This document shows, one piece after another, positions 1 through 13,125 of a stretch of 64,000 bases of DNA. The notes beneath the pieces were generated by a model. That model was not told where the DNA came from and made no database searches. It saw nothing but the letters and a program-made list of their open reading frames with translations. This stretch comes from Antedon mediterranea. Its lineage: Eukaryota; Animalia; Echinodermata. The stretch is from the NCBI RefSeq assembly GCF_964355755.1, contig NC_092674.1, forward strand, positions 124,001 to 188,000, written 5' to 3'. How positions within the stretch are numbered: position 1 is the stretch's first letter; each line of letters opens with the position of its first letter. The position numbers were made by a program, and so were the translations under genes.

Positions 1-99
1 AAACTATTATTCCTACAATATTATAGCAGAGGAATTTCAGACAGTTTAATTAACTTAGCTTTCTCCATGATAAATACTACAACAGAGTAATCAAATCCA

Positions 100-763
100 C
101 TTTATTTGTTTCTTTTGTGGAACTTTGTGCAAGTAACCAAGGTTGCGTTTACGCCTATCAGAAACAGGATCACAACGTACCGACCTGAATAGTTTATTTG
201 TTTCGTTGTGGAACTTTGTGCACGTAACCAAGATTGCGTTTACGCCTATCAGAAACAGGATCACAACGTACCGACCCGAATAGTTTATTTGTTTCGTTGT
301 GGAACTTTGTGCAAGTAACCAATGTTGCGTTTACGCCTATCAGAAACAAGACCACAACGTACCGACCTGAGTAGTTTATTTGTTTCGTTGTGGAACTTTG
401 TGCACGTAACCAAGATTGCGTTTACGCCTATCAGAAACAGGATCACAACGTACCGACCTGAATAGTTTATTTGTTTCGTTGTTGAACTTTGTGCACGTAA
501 CCAAGATTGCGTTTACGCCTATCAGAAACAGGATCACAACGTACCGACCTGAGTAGTTTATTTGATTCTTTCTGGAACTTTGTGAACGTAAAATTCGTTG
601 TGGAACTTTGTGCACGTCACCAAGATTGCGTTTACGCCTATCAGAAACAGGATCACAGCGTACCGACTTGAATAGTTTATTTGATTCGTTGTGGAACTTT
701 TTGCACGTAATCAAGATTGCGTTTACGCCTATCAGAAACAGAATCACAACGTACCGACCTGAA
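100..763. repeat. Tandem minisatellite, 91-bp unit, about 7 copies
   Basis: The unit TTTATTTGTTTCGTTGTGGAACTTTGTGCACGTAACCAAGATTGCGTTTACGCCTATCAGAAACAGGATCACAACGTACCGACCTGAATAG recurs with period 91 (e.g. 193 to 284). One unit near 560-600 is irregular. Confidence 0.95.
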
Positions 764-3700
764 TTTTATAGACAATCATGGTAAGATACTACTAATATGT
801 GTGCACTAGGACTAAAAGGCAATAATTAATCGAATACATGTCACCCCGGACAATAAAACAGTTATTGCTAAATTAGGCCTATATAGAAATTATATGGAAT
901 ATCATACGAAACATCATAAGAGGCGATTATGATTTTATATAATTTTTATTACACTTATAAAGCGAGTATCATTCACAAAAAAATAAAAAGTATTATCATG
1001 GTTGAGCACAAGATTTTAAAATGTAACTGTGGATGTACTAACTATATTAATATACTGACGTATAGTTGTATTAGTCACAAGAAAAGTGTTTTGAACAAAC
1101 TACTATATCATGCATTATTTTGTACATAACCTCGCAATTTAACCATTTCTGTTTTAAATCACATTTTGATGATGTTTGTGGTACTTTAGGCTGTACTTAT
1201 TTTTGTAATAACCTCTCAGAGGTAGCTATTTCCGATCCAAATGTCTTTTAAACAAACATAGTGATTTCAATTTATATTCCCCTTATACGGGATGGAAGAA
1301 AAATATATTTTGTTTTATTGAAAAATGCATTTCTAGAGATTGACAGAAACCACATTTACTTACAGTAACGACGAAATAATTTCTTTTGGAGGAGGAGAAT
1401 GAAGTTTATTTAAATCTTCAATTTGAATGGAGAAATTAAAAAGTATCAACTTTGTTTTTCTAACCCCCACCCTCTTGCTCTCTCTCCCACGCCCTCCTGT
1501 AATGTACTAGCAATACCATAACTTACACCATTCATAATGTCTAATAATAGGGATTTAATATAGTTTGAATTTCTTACAGTGTATTACAGATCAAATTAAA
1601 TGTTTTGATTAACTGTATAAGAATTGATGAATTATGAGGAACACTAATTTTTAGATAGATTCTCGTAAATCCATAATCAAAAACTAACCAAGCAACTAAC
1701 GAAGCATACGATCGTAAATCGTTCCATTAGATTTATAAATAATCTCATAAATTAAGATAATTGCAAACAATTCATCATGGGATAGTGAATGACGGTAAAT
1801 ATGAGAACCTCTTGTAGTAAGATAGCATCCAGACTCCTTTTATTTAACTGTTTTCATAATTTGTTCACAATTGAAATATTCGTTGGATAACCGAGTAAAA
1901 ATACACCATTTCTACATTACCATAGAAACATTAGGCCTATAGCGAATATGCCTATATCTATCATATTCTTTTGGCAATCTTGTGAATTATTATTTGTATA
2001 GTATTATTAATAAAAAATTAGATATACTATCGAAGAGATTCACTCAATATTTTGAAGAAAAAGTTGTCATTTTAATAATACTTGCTTTTCAATAATGATA
2101 ATAATAATGATAATAATAACAATAACATGTTAATTCTAAGCTATTCATTTTGAATCGCGTAATTTCGGGACTTGATATGTATAGGCTACTGTATTATCAT
2201 AGTCATAAAGATAAATGATAACAGTGAGCCACATGTTTTGCGAGATCATAAAAAACAATTCCAATTATGTTGTCCTACATAAAAACAAAATTAAAATACC
2301 TTGACAGGTGCAACAACATCGAGTTATCATACTAATATTTGTTTGGGCCACACAATACGTTGAGGACAAAATCCGCTATAGTTGCGCATTAACAAACAAA
2401 CAAAGTCAAAAACATAATTAATAATTTGATTTATTTTTACAGATTCCGACTATAAAATGTTTCGTTTGTTCTCTATAGAAATGTATGAAGAATGCAATAT
2501 TGAATAAACACATGCATGTGCTTTATTTACATTTTTTGTAATACATTATTATAAGTGTACATCGGAGGGTTAATCTAAATTTGTGATTTTTTTAAAGGGA
2601 AAAATAAAATGAAATGTTATAATGTCAAGATTGGCTACATGAGAATACATAATATCTTTAACGTCAACAGACCTACATAGTTTGTGAACTGTGACAAACA
2701 TAATTGAAGAAACATTTGAAGGAAATGATAACGGTGTAGGGAAATGATTGCCGTAATTATCTATATAACAACAATATACTCAAAGCAGCAGTGGTATACC
2801 TCCTGGGTATTTATACTAGGAAAGGAAGAGTGGAATTTCCATAGTTAAACTGTCCATGGATAAATAAATACTTTAAAGAGTACGAGAAGACTCAAAGCAA
2901 TGAAATAATCGTGACAGGATTTAATACTTCGACACATAATAATGATCACCACTTTTTAGACAGTTTACTTGCAGTTCATATCCAACTAGTTCAAATTCTT
3001 ATGGATTGTTTGCATGCGCACAACCAGCCACGATCAAATACAATATATTTCGCATATTGTTTTACAGTATGGTATGATAATAACTGTATTTGACCTACCG
3101 AAATGAACAAATGTGGGTTTTTTTTAAGTTTGTGCTGTCATAAATCTTTAAGAACGTTTTAACAAATTCAATTGGTTCAAAAGTGTTAAGTCTGGTTTTA
3201 TTTCGTCAAGTCGAAACCTTAATGTACATTGATAGGAACCATGGTTTTTTAGAGCAAATGGTATTTATAACCGATCTCGATAATCCCCGTGTCAAAAAAT
3301 ACGGGGATTTGGAACATCAACTTAATCTGTTAATACATGTTCACCTAAGTCAAGATCGATGTAAACCCGACCAAGTCAATGACTTTCTAAAATTTATTTT
3401 CTTTTGTTGTAAATAATGTCAATTGATTGATAACTTTGTCCTAAATATTTATTTATAAATTCAGTAGATTCGCAATTGATTTAACAAGCTCTATTATAAG
3501 ATTATTGATAATTATATTATTCCACGAATTGGAGAATACGATCAATACAAGATTACCGTACTTAAATTATACGTGGTGAAAACTTTTTTTTTCTCAACCA
3601 TTACAGTTGAATAGGCCTAATATCGTTTATATTGGTCTAATTTGAATGGTCTGATTGAAGTATTATTTATTATTCTGGAAAAATGTTGTTAACGACAAAG

Positions 3701-6323
3701 ATATTTGATTTCAAACACAACATGTTACTTGATTATAGACATGCAAGCAATGAACACATGGAATGTAGGCTTAAAGTAGTATGTCACGCATTGTAAGAAA
3801 TGCTGCCGTACGTGAACGCAATAAAACATGCGAATTGTTGTGAAGCTTACAGATTTTCAAAATTAAAGTCGTGTAAACATTAATCAAATTGTCAATTAAG
3901 TAGTCATAATCACGTACAGTTTCAAAATGGAATACACACGGGTACCATTCCCTTGGGTAAGAGACTACTCATGACGTGTTTGTTTTTTATCTCGTTCCTA
4001 CCACGGTAATTTGAAATTCAGGAGGATAGATTAACACAAAAGTAGCAAGCAATGTAAACTTTAAAAGCTGCTGTATCCAACGTGAAAGCATTCAATATTC
4101 ACAATCATCTATAAGTTTCATTCTTCTTAAAATAACTGCAGATCATTTATGAATTATTTATTAATCAGATGGAGTTCTTTTCAATACCAATTTTAGTAGC
4201 AGTGTATTCAATATTTTTAGGTACGTGATGATAAAATGATTGTCGAATACAAGAATAAGATCCAGAAATTTTAAAATGCAAATTAATGTCATATTATTGT
4301 AGTGTCTGATATAGAAACATGAGAATAAAATAGAATGTTGGCTATTGTTACATTATAAAACTATTGTTTGTTTTGTTTATCTAATGTGAATCAAATAGAT
4401 TAATAATTCAAGTGTAGGCATATGTATTTAAAAATCACTCCCCTTGATTAATGGAATATTAATTGGTTTGTGTGGTCACAATTAAGTATTTGTACAGTAG
4501 GCCTATTCTATACTATTTTGTTAGTTGAATTGTTTATTTTTTGGCATCTCATTTCCGATCCTGACTAACACTGATAAAGAGCACATTCGAAATTGTCTAT
4601 CAGCTTTAAAATTCCAAAAACACTTTAATTATAGTGATCAATTCAAATTTGTTAAAAACAATCCCGAGGGCTATAAGACGATTGGTATAGTTTAATTTTC
4701 TTCAAAAATCAAAGTCGTAAACGCAGAAAGAAGTTCTCTCTAAGGACCTTCGATAAATTTACTTTTGTGCGTTTTGGTACATAATCTAATGATATAGATT
4801 TGAATTCACGCTTGACTTGTTTCAAAGAACTCGTTTGCATTTTGGTCCTTACACTTCGATTGTTACATTCATGTACAGTATGGTTCGCTTAGTAATGATT
4901 TGATTACAAAACATCTTAAAGGATAATATTTATTATTTGAGTTCTTTTAGTGTTTTATAATAACATTGTATTTTACCAATATTACCAAAATAAGTTATTG
5001 AATTGATTGATTATAAACAAGACTTTGTTAGGCCGCAATGTTAACATTGATAAGTAACAGCAAATGTGGCGCAATAATTGATGCAAATTGATAGCAAGTT
5101 GTGCAGTTCTATTAATATTTAGATTGTGTTCACACAATTTGGATGGTGCACACCTATGGACAATACACCTCTTTCATTACATAAGACAATCAATTAGTCT
5201 GTATTAAGCTCACATAGGTCATACTGTTCAAATACAACACACTTCAATCAATCAAATTTATTCTAATTTTGTTTCAGTTGCTTCTTTTTTAAATATAAGA
5301 GCGTATATTAGAAAGAATATAAAGGAGAATATAATATTTAATAAATTATGCTCACTTCTGATGTGTTTATAAAAGGGAAGTTTCAAAGTGGTTATTGTCA
5401 GAAGCATTAAACTGACTTGCGTAGTTAACACGTAGTGTTGCGAACAAAAACTATCACGAGAACAAAAATACAAATTGTACAGGTGTTATTGCTTGAAGGT
5501 CAGTCGAGAATGGGCTTAATAATCACACCGCATAAAATCCCCAGATTCCAAAGTGTTAAAACAATGTCCATTTAGACACAACGGTTAGCTGTATAAAATC
5601 ATAACATATTGCTAGTTATCCCGCAGTTGCTTGCTATCATATAGACGTTATTCACACTCTTAATTTCGTAAATGTCACCAAGTTGTCTAGCAATGTCCAT
5701 TTTATAGAACAACCTCATATATTATTTAAATGAATTTATTTAAAATATAAAGGATGCGCAACGTGAACATTCGTGCGTCAAAACATAGTCATCATCACAC
5801 TAAGCCTATTAAACAAAAGAAATTCCAGAAGTAATTATAATATTGTCAGAAAGATATGGCAAGCCTCAGCTGTCTGAAGTATTCAAAATATTATATTATT
5901 ATATCATTTTTTTATTGTATTATATATTGTATTGTAATGAATTATACGTTTTGCATTATATTACTTGGTTTTACCATTATATTATATCTATTTCTAATAT
6001 ATTATGTGAAAAATGTAACAAATTATTGACTTTTTGTATTATATTATTTGGTTTTAGCATTATATTATGAACATTTAATATTATATTATTAATAAAATAC
6101 ATTATATTATAATATAATTGTATTATATTAAACGCATTTACTTTACTTTATAACATACAACATTATTATATTATACGGATTCGTTAGTTATATTATTATG
6201 TTGTATGATGTTTATTATACGTCACGGCTTATTTCAGTTCTTCTAACTCTTTCTCTCCCTCCCCCTGTTCACTAGCAATCAGCGGCCGGCAGAATCTGAA
6301 TTGTGTGACTGTTGAAGAATAAC

Positions 6324-6647
6324 TACGTACTAGGCCTAGGCCTAGCCTAGGCCTACTAGGGGATCTAGACAAGTGACCAAGGATCACTGGACAGCTACAA
6401 CTAATACTACAATACAATAATACTACTACAATAACTACTACTGCTACTACCTAGGCCTAGCTAGTGAGTAGTAGGTAGCTACTACTAGGCTCTAGGGCGT
6501 ATGTATGATGTTAACTACTAGGTAGGGCCTAGGGCTAGGCCTAACTAGAGGCCTACTAGTACTAGGCTAGGCCTAGACTTAAGTTGTAGTAGGCTAGGGC
6601 CGGGCCTGCTGCCTTAGGCTAGGCTACTACTACTACTACTACTAGGC
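6324..6647. repeat. TAGGCCTA/CTAG/(TAC)n low-complexity tract, present in every arm of the giant palindrome
   Basis: Built largely from TAGGCCTA, CTAG, TAC and TAG words. Its length varies between the eight arms. Confidence 0.85.
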
Positions 6648-6653
6648 AGCCCA

Positions 6654-6753
6654 TGATGGGTACAAGTAAGCCAAAATTTTGGATATATGTAAACCAAAAT
6701 TTGGGTACGAGCGTGTTGGCATGGCATGCATGGGTACGGGTTAACCTGTATCC
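6654..6753 (-). mobile_element. Captured terminal fragment of the GGTCAACCCGTACCC-repeat transposon family, fixed in all arms
   Basis: The consensus reverse complement reads GGATACAGGTCAACCCGTACCCATGCC...CTCGTACCCAAATTTTGG...TTTTGGCTTACTCGTACCCATCA, matching the left end of the nested element at 30280. Confidence 0.75.
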
Positions 6754-9700
6754 TTCTAGCTAATCGTACTATGCCTAGGCCTCAAGTAAGTCTACGCTAC
6801 CCAGTCCGGCTACAATATGGTCTATTTTGTTTTATAGCTTTATTGATAGGTGGGTTCAAATCTGGGTTGGGACGGCTTTTTCTCATTCTAAAACAGATTT
6901 CCTTATAATAAAATAATATATGAATTTATTTGTAATATTGTAATGTATACATAATATAAGTAATTGCCATTGCCTTTATTACTATTAATTATGTATTATA
7001 CGGTTACCCCTTAATTATACTATAGTATAATTTCCTTGTTATATTTTACAATATTTTCTTCCTAATTCTACAATTTTGTCTTTCACAGCACAAATTTATC
7101 ATACTGAATCATCACACACCAAGTCTCATAAATCTCTACTGTATTTGTCCAAGCTACTCCAGCTACATGGTATTGCCTTGAGGCTAAACTACACGGTATA
7201 CTGGCACTACCATCATTCCTGGCTCGTCAACCTGTACCACATTAGCACAGTTTCAGTTTCAGTTTATTTACCATTTCAATTTCTGAACATAAGAGATGAA
7301 CATCTTATATGGATGAATAACCGTAAGAGCGAAAGCTCGTTTACCAGTCACCCGTTAGTGCAGTGACATTACAGACAACATAAAGACAGGACAAAGGTGC
7401 AATACTTAACAAGACATGTGAACAGTTGTGTTTGCAACCCCTTGGATAAAATAATATATTTATATAATGGAGAAAGTTAGATATTATAATATTTCTTTTT
7501 GATCATACAATGATAATTTTTAAATTACTTCTTAAGAAGTCATACTACTGATTCAAAATAGTGACTTACACCCTGTGGTCAAGGCTTTCTTTGCTCTTAT
7601 GCTTATTTCCTCCAACATACAGAGTAAATAGGACTTTTTTTATTCATAACTGTTGAATTGTTTCCCAATACATAGTACCTATTGGTATTATATCTAAAAA
7701 TACAAAGGCGGCTAACACAGATAGTTCCATATATACAGTACTCTTTTATAAATAAATGTATCTCTCCAAACTACTCCCAACTACCTAATCTAATAATAGT
7801 ACTATTAGCATACTACTATACACTTTGTAGACAAGAAATAAGTTGTATACACTAGAGGACTTATGGTAGTACAGTCGATCGCCCTCTCACTGGCCCGGTC
7901 AACATAATCTATACCTAGATTATTACAGTAATTAAAGTACATTATTACAGAGTTTTTTTTTTTTTGCAGAAATCAAATTTATGTGTATAGAAAGCAGTAC
8001 TTGTATTAAAAAACTAAGCAGGTTTTTGAACGCAGACTGGCAGGATATTTTGAATATTTTTTGTTGTTGAAATGATGGAATCCTAACTTCAATTTCCACG
8101 AACCCTTTTATTTAAATTTATTTGAATAGACCTCCATGTAAACTCATTAAAGGCTACATGATTGTTTTATATTTTAATATGTGATAGTAGAAAATCATTG
8201 TGTATAATGAGGACTATGAATCTGATATTTACTTGCATTCTCATCTTTTTAAATTATTATTTATAATGCCGGTAATGAGTTTAAAATTTAATTATATTGA
8301 CTATTTTTGATAATCATCATGTCCTTATAAATTCATTTATATTTCTTTTGTGTAATATAGTTCATATATTATGTATTAAGTAAATTGGTAAGGCCCTATA
8401 CTGTTACTATTTAAGGAAAGTTTATATACACTATTATTTTATGCCTACCAATATTAGTATTAATTGTTTATGTAAATATTTTGTCTAATTGCCTTGATTT
8501 TTTGTATAGGCCAATGGCATCAATGTTTTTCTCAAAGCAAATTAGCCTAATAATGCCACATTTAGACTCATGATTCATTGATTTCTGATATTCTGTACTT
8601 GTGTATGCATTACTAAAATAGTAGTTAATATATTTCATTTATAATGTATGTATAAACATATATTCATATTTTTTTAAACATTTTTAAATTTAAAAATTAT
8701 TACAATACCTATCTACCTTTCTGATATTGTTACTATTATATAATATTTTTTGAGGCAGCAATAAAAAAAAAATTAGAACAATTAATTTGAGTTATACTGT
8801 ACTATGTTAGTTCAGGAGATGAAGTGTGTGTGGGCAGAAACTAGTGTGTTGGAGGTTGGTGGTGTGAGGTGTATAGTTTAGTTGTCACTTTAAGATCTAA
8901 ATTAGATGTTTTCTGAAGAAAAGAAGTAAGCGCATACGCTTTCAAACAACTCCAAGAAGATTCACACAAAAATAATTACTTTCCAATAAAGTAGTATAAC
9001 AGTGTATATTACAGTACATTGAATAAACTCGAGCGGAATAATAACGCACATAAAAAAACATTCATTTTCTTTTCGAAAAGTGCCCTCTCTAATTTTCTAT
9101 TAATTTATTAATAATTATTATTAATTAATGAGTAATATGAACATATTTTTAACATTCAATGCTGGAAGCTGGTTCTACTCCTAACAAAGTTTCATATCTC
9201 CAAATTTCATCAACGTATTCAAAGCACTTCAATATTAAATATCACATTTAACATAAAAATTCGGGTTTTGGATAGAATTTTGCTTAAAAACATATACAAA
9301 AAACATCGATAAAAAATACTTTTCGTATTCAAAAACATTTGATACTTGGTATAAATGTTCACTATAGGTTGTTCTATTCACAGAAAAAAATTGCATTCAT
9401 GAACGTTTTTTGTTGGTTGTTTTTTTCAAAATAGTTATTAGCTTGAAAAAAATGAGTTGGAATTGTATGGTCTTTCATAAGTGTACATTTTGTAAAAACG
9501 TAAATTTAAAAAATCAGTGATATGGCTTGATAGTTATTTTTGGTTTGCAATATGGATGGAGCAACCTATATTGAACATTTATACCAAGTATCAAATGTTT
9601 TTGAATACGAAAAGTATTTTTTATCGATGTTTTTTGTATATGTTTTTAAGCAAAATTATATCCAAAACCTGAATTTGTAATGTTAAATGTAATTTATTTA

Positions 9701-12700
9701 AGTGCTTTGAATACGTTGATGAAATTTGGAGATATGAAACTTTGTTAGGAGTAGATACAGTTTCCAGCATTAAATTTTAAAAATATGTTCATATTACTCA
9801 TTAATTGATAATAATTATTAATAAATTAATAGAAAACTAGAGAGGGCACTTTTCGACAAGAAAATGAATGTTTTTTATGTGTGTTATTATTCCGCTCGAG
9901 TTTATTCAATGTACTGTAATATACACTGTTATACTATTTTATTGGAAAGTAATTATTTTTGTGTGAATCTTCTTGGAGTTGTTTGAAAGCGTATCCGCTT
10001 ACTTCTTTTCTTCAGAAAACATCTAATTTAGGTCTTAAAGTGACAACTGTACACCTCACACCACCAACCTCCAACACACTAGTTTCTGCCCACACACACT
10101 TCATCTCCTGAACTAACATAGTACAGTATAAGTCAAATAAATTTTTTAATTTTTTTTATTGCTGCCTCAAAAAATATTATATAATAGTAACAATATCAGA
10201 AAGGTAGATAGGTATTGTAATAATTTTTAAATTTAAAAATGTTACAAAAAATATGAAATGAATATATGTTTATACATACATTATAAATGAAATATATTAA
10301 CTACTGTTTTAGTAATGCATACACAAGTACAGAATATCAGAAATCAATGAATCATGTGTCTAAATGTGGCATTATTAGGCTAATTTGCTTTGAGAAAAAC
10401 ATTGATGCCATTGGCCTATAAAAAAATCAAGGCAATTAGACAAAATATTTACATAAACAATTAATACTAATATTGGTAGGCATAAAATAATAGTGTATAT
10501 AAACTTTCCTTAAATAATAACAGTATAGGGCCTTACCAATTTATTTAATACATAATATATGAACTATATTACACAAAAAAAGTATAAATGAATTTATAAG
10601 GACATGATGATTATCAAAAATAGTCAATATAATTAAATTTTAAACTCATTACCGGCATTATAAATAATATTTTAAAAAGATAAGAATGCAAGAAAATATC
10701 AGATTCATAGTCCTCATTATACACAATGATTTCCTACTATCACATATTAAAATATAAAACAATCATTTAGCCTTTAATGACTTTACATGGAGGTCTATTC
10801 AAATAAATTTAAATAAAAGGGTCATAATATGTCTTCGTCTCCAGTTCGTGGAAATTGAAGTTAGGATTCCATCATTTCAACAACAAAAAATATTCAAAAT
10901 ATCCTGCCAGTTTGCATTCAAGACCTGCAACCTGCTTAGTTTTTAATACGAGTACTGCTTTCTATACACATAACTTTGATTTCTGCAAAAAAAAACAAAA
11001 CTCTGTAATTATGTACTTTAATTACTGTAATAATCTAGGTATAGATTATGTTTACCGGGCCAGTGAGAGGGCGTTCGACTGTACTACCATAAGTCCTGTA
11101 GGTGTATACAACTTATTTCTTGTCTACAAAGTGTATAGTAGTATGCTAATAGTACTATTATTAGATTAGGTAGTTGGGAGTAGTTTGGAGAGATACATCT
11201 ATCTATAAAAGAGTACTGTATATATGGAACTATCTGTGTTAGCCGCCTTTGTATTTTTAGATATAATACCAATACTAAAAGTCCTATGTACTCTGTATGT
11301 TGGAGGAAATACGCATAAGAGCAAATAAAGCCTTGACCACAGGGTGTAAGTCACTATTTTGAATCAGTAGTATGACTTCTTAAGAAGTAATTTAAAAATT
11401 ATCATTGTATGATCAAAAAGAAATATTATAATATCTAACTTTCTCCTTTATATAAATATATTATTTTATCCAAGGGGTTGCAAACACAAGTGTTCACATG
11501 TCTTGTTAAGTATTGCACCTTTGTCCTGTCTTTATGTTGTCTGTAATGTCACTGCACTAACGGGTGACCGGTAAACGAGCTTCGCTCTTACGGTTATCCA
11601 TCCATATAAGTTGTTCATCTCTTATGTTCAGAAATTGAAATGGTAAATAAACTGAAACTGTGCTTATGTGGTACAGGTTGACGAGCCAGGAATGATGGTA
11701 GTGCCAGTATACCGTGTAGTTTAGCCTCAAGGCAATACCATGTAGCTGGAGTAGCTTGGACAAATACAGTAGAGATTTATGAGACTTGGTGTGTGATGAT
11801 TCAGTATGATAAATTTGTGCTGTGAAAGACAAAAGTAGAATTAGGAAGAAAATATTGTAAAATATAACAAGGAAATTATACTATAGTATAATTAAGGGGT
11901 AACCGTATAATACATAATTAATAGTAATAAAGGCAATGGCAATTACTTATATTATGTATACATTACAATAATATTACAAATAAATTCATATATTATTTTA
12001 TTATGATAAGGAAATCTGTTTTAGAATGAGAAAAAGCCGTCCCAACCCAGATTTGAACCCAGCTATCAATAAAGCTATAAAACAAAATAGACCATATTGT
12101 AGCCGGACTGGGTAGCGTAGACTTACTTGAGGCCTAGGCATAGTACGATTAGCTAGAAGGATACAGGTCAACCCGTACCCATGCCATGCCAACACGCTCG
12201 TACCCAAATTTTGGTTTACATATATCCAAAATTTTGGCTTACTCGTACCCATCATGGGCTGCCTAGTAGTAGTAGTAGTAGTAGCCTAGCCTAAGGCAGC
12301 AGGCCCGGCCCTAGCCTATCTACTACAACTTAAGTCTAGGCCTAGCCTAGTACTAGTAGGCCTCTAGGCCTGGCCTAGGCCCTAGTAGTTAACATCATAC
12401 ATACGCCCTAGAGCCTAGTAGTAGCTACCTACTACTCACTAGCTAGGCCTAGGTAGTAGCAGTAGTAGTTATTGTAGTAGTATTATTGTATTGTAGTATT
12501 AGTTGTAGCTGTCCGGTGATCCTTGGTCACTTGTCTAGATCCCCTAGGCTAGGCCTAGTACGTTATTCTTCAACAGTCACAATTCAGATTCTGCCGGCCG
12601 CTGATTGCTAGTGAACAGGGGGAGGGAGAGAAAGAGTTAGAAGAACTGAAATAAGCCGTGACGTATAATAAACATCATACAAAATAATAATATAACTAAC

Positions 12701-13125
12701 GAATCCGTATAATATAATAATGTTGTATGTTATAAAGTAAAGTAAATGCGTTTAATATAATACAATTATATTATAATATAATGTATTTTATTAATAATAT
12801 AATATTAAATGTTCATAATATAATGCTAAAACCAAATAATATAATACAAAAAGTCAATAATTTGTTACATTTTTCACATAATATATTAGAAATAGATATA
12901 ATATAATGCTAAAACCAAGTAATATAATGCAAAACGTATAATTCATTACAATACAATATATAATATAATAAAAAAATGATATAATAATATAATATTTTGA
13001 ATACTTCAGACAGCTGAGGCTTGCCATAGAAAGACATTCCAAACGTTGGTTTAATTCATAGCTGAAGTATAACTCATAATTCATAATTTACAGCTTTCTC
13101 TTCGCACGCAAAATAAACATTACTG

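Larger units (their letters stand above)
5855..13028. mobile_element. Giant palindromic (foldback) non-autonomous DNA element, copy 1 (7174 bp)
   Basis: Starts TATGGCAAGCCTCAGCTGTCTGAAG and ends with its reverse complement. Arms at about 5855-9374 and 9559-13028 surround a spacer at about 9375-9558. 6-bp TSD GAAAGA at 5849-5854 and 13029-13034. Confidence 0.93.

Noticed and set aside
100-763. CRISPR-like array (also considered for 13126, 44325, 47858 and 51005)
   Set aside because: The units are head-to-tail near-identical with no unique spacers, there are no cas genes, and the context is eukaryotic.
6229-12255. Recurrent short ORFs in the arms (MMGTSKPK..., MSFTAQIY..., MKLGFHHF..., MVLYLKIQ...)
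   Set aside because: They recur only because the DNA is repeated. They have no recognisable domains, often non-ATG starts, and are freely frameshifted or deleted between copies.
5855-13028. Autonomous Polinton/Maverick or endogenous virus
   Set aside because: No pPolB, integrase, ATPase or capsid ORF, and the termini are not AG...CT. Only a non-autonomous relationship remains possible.
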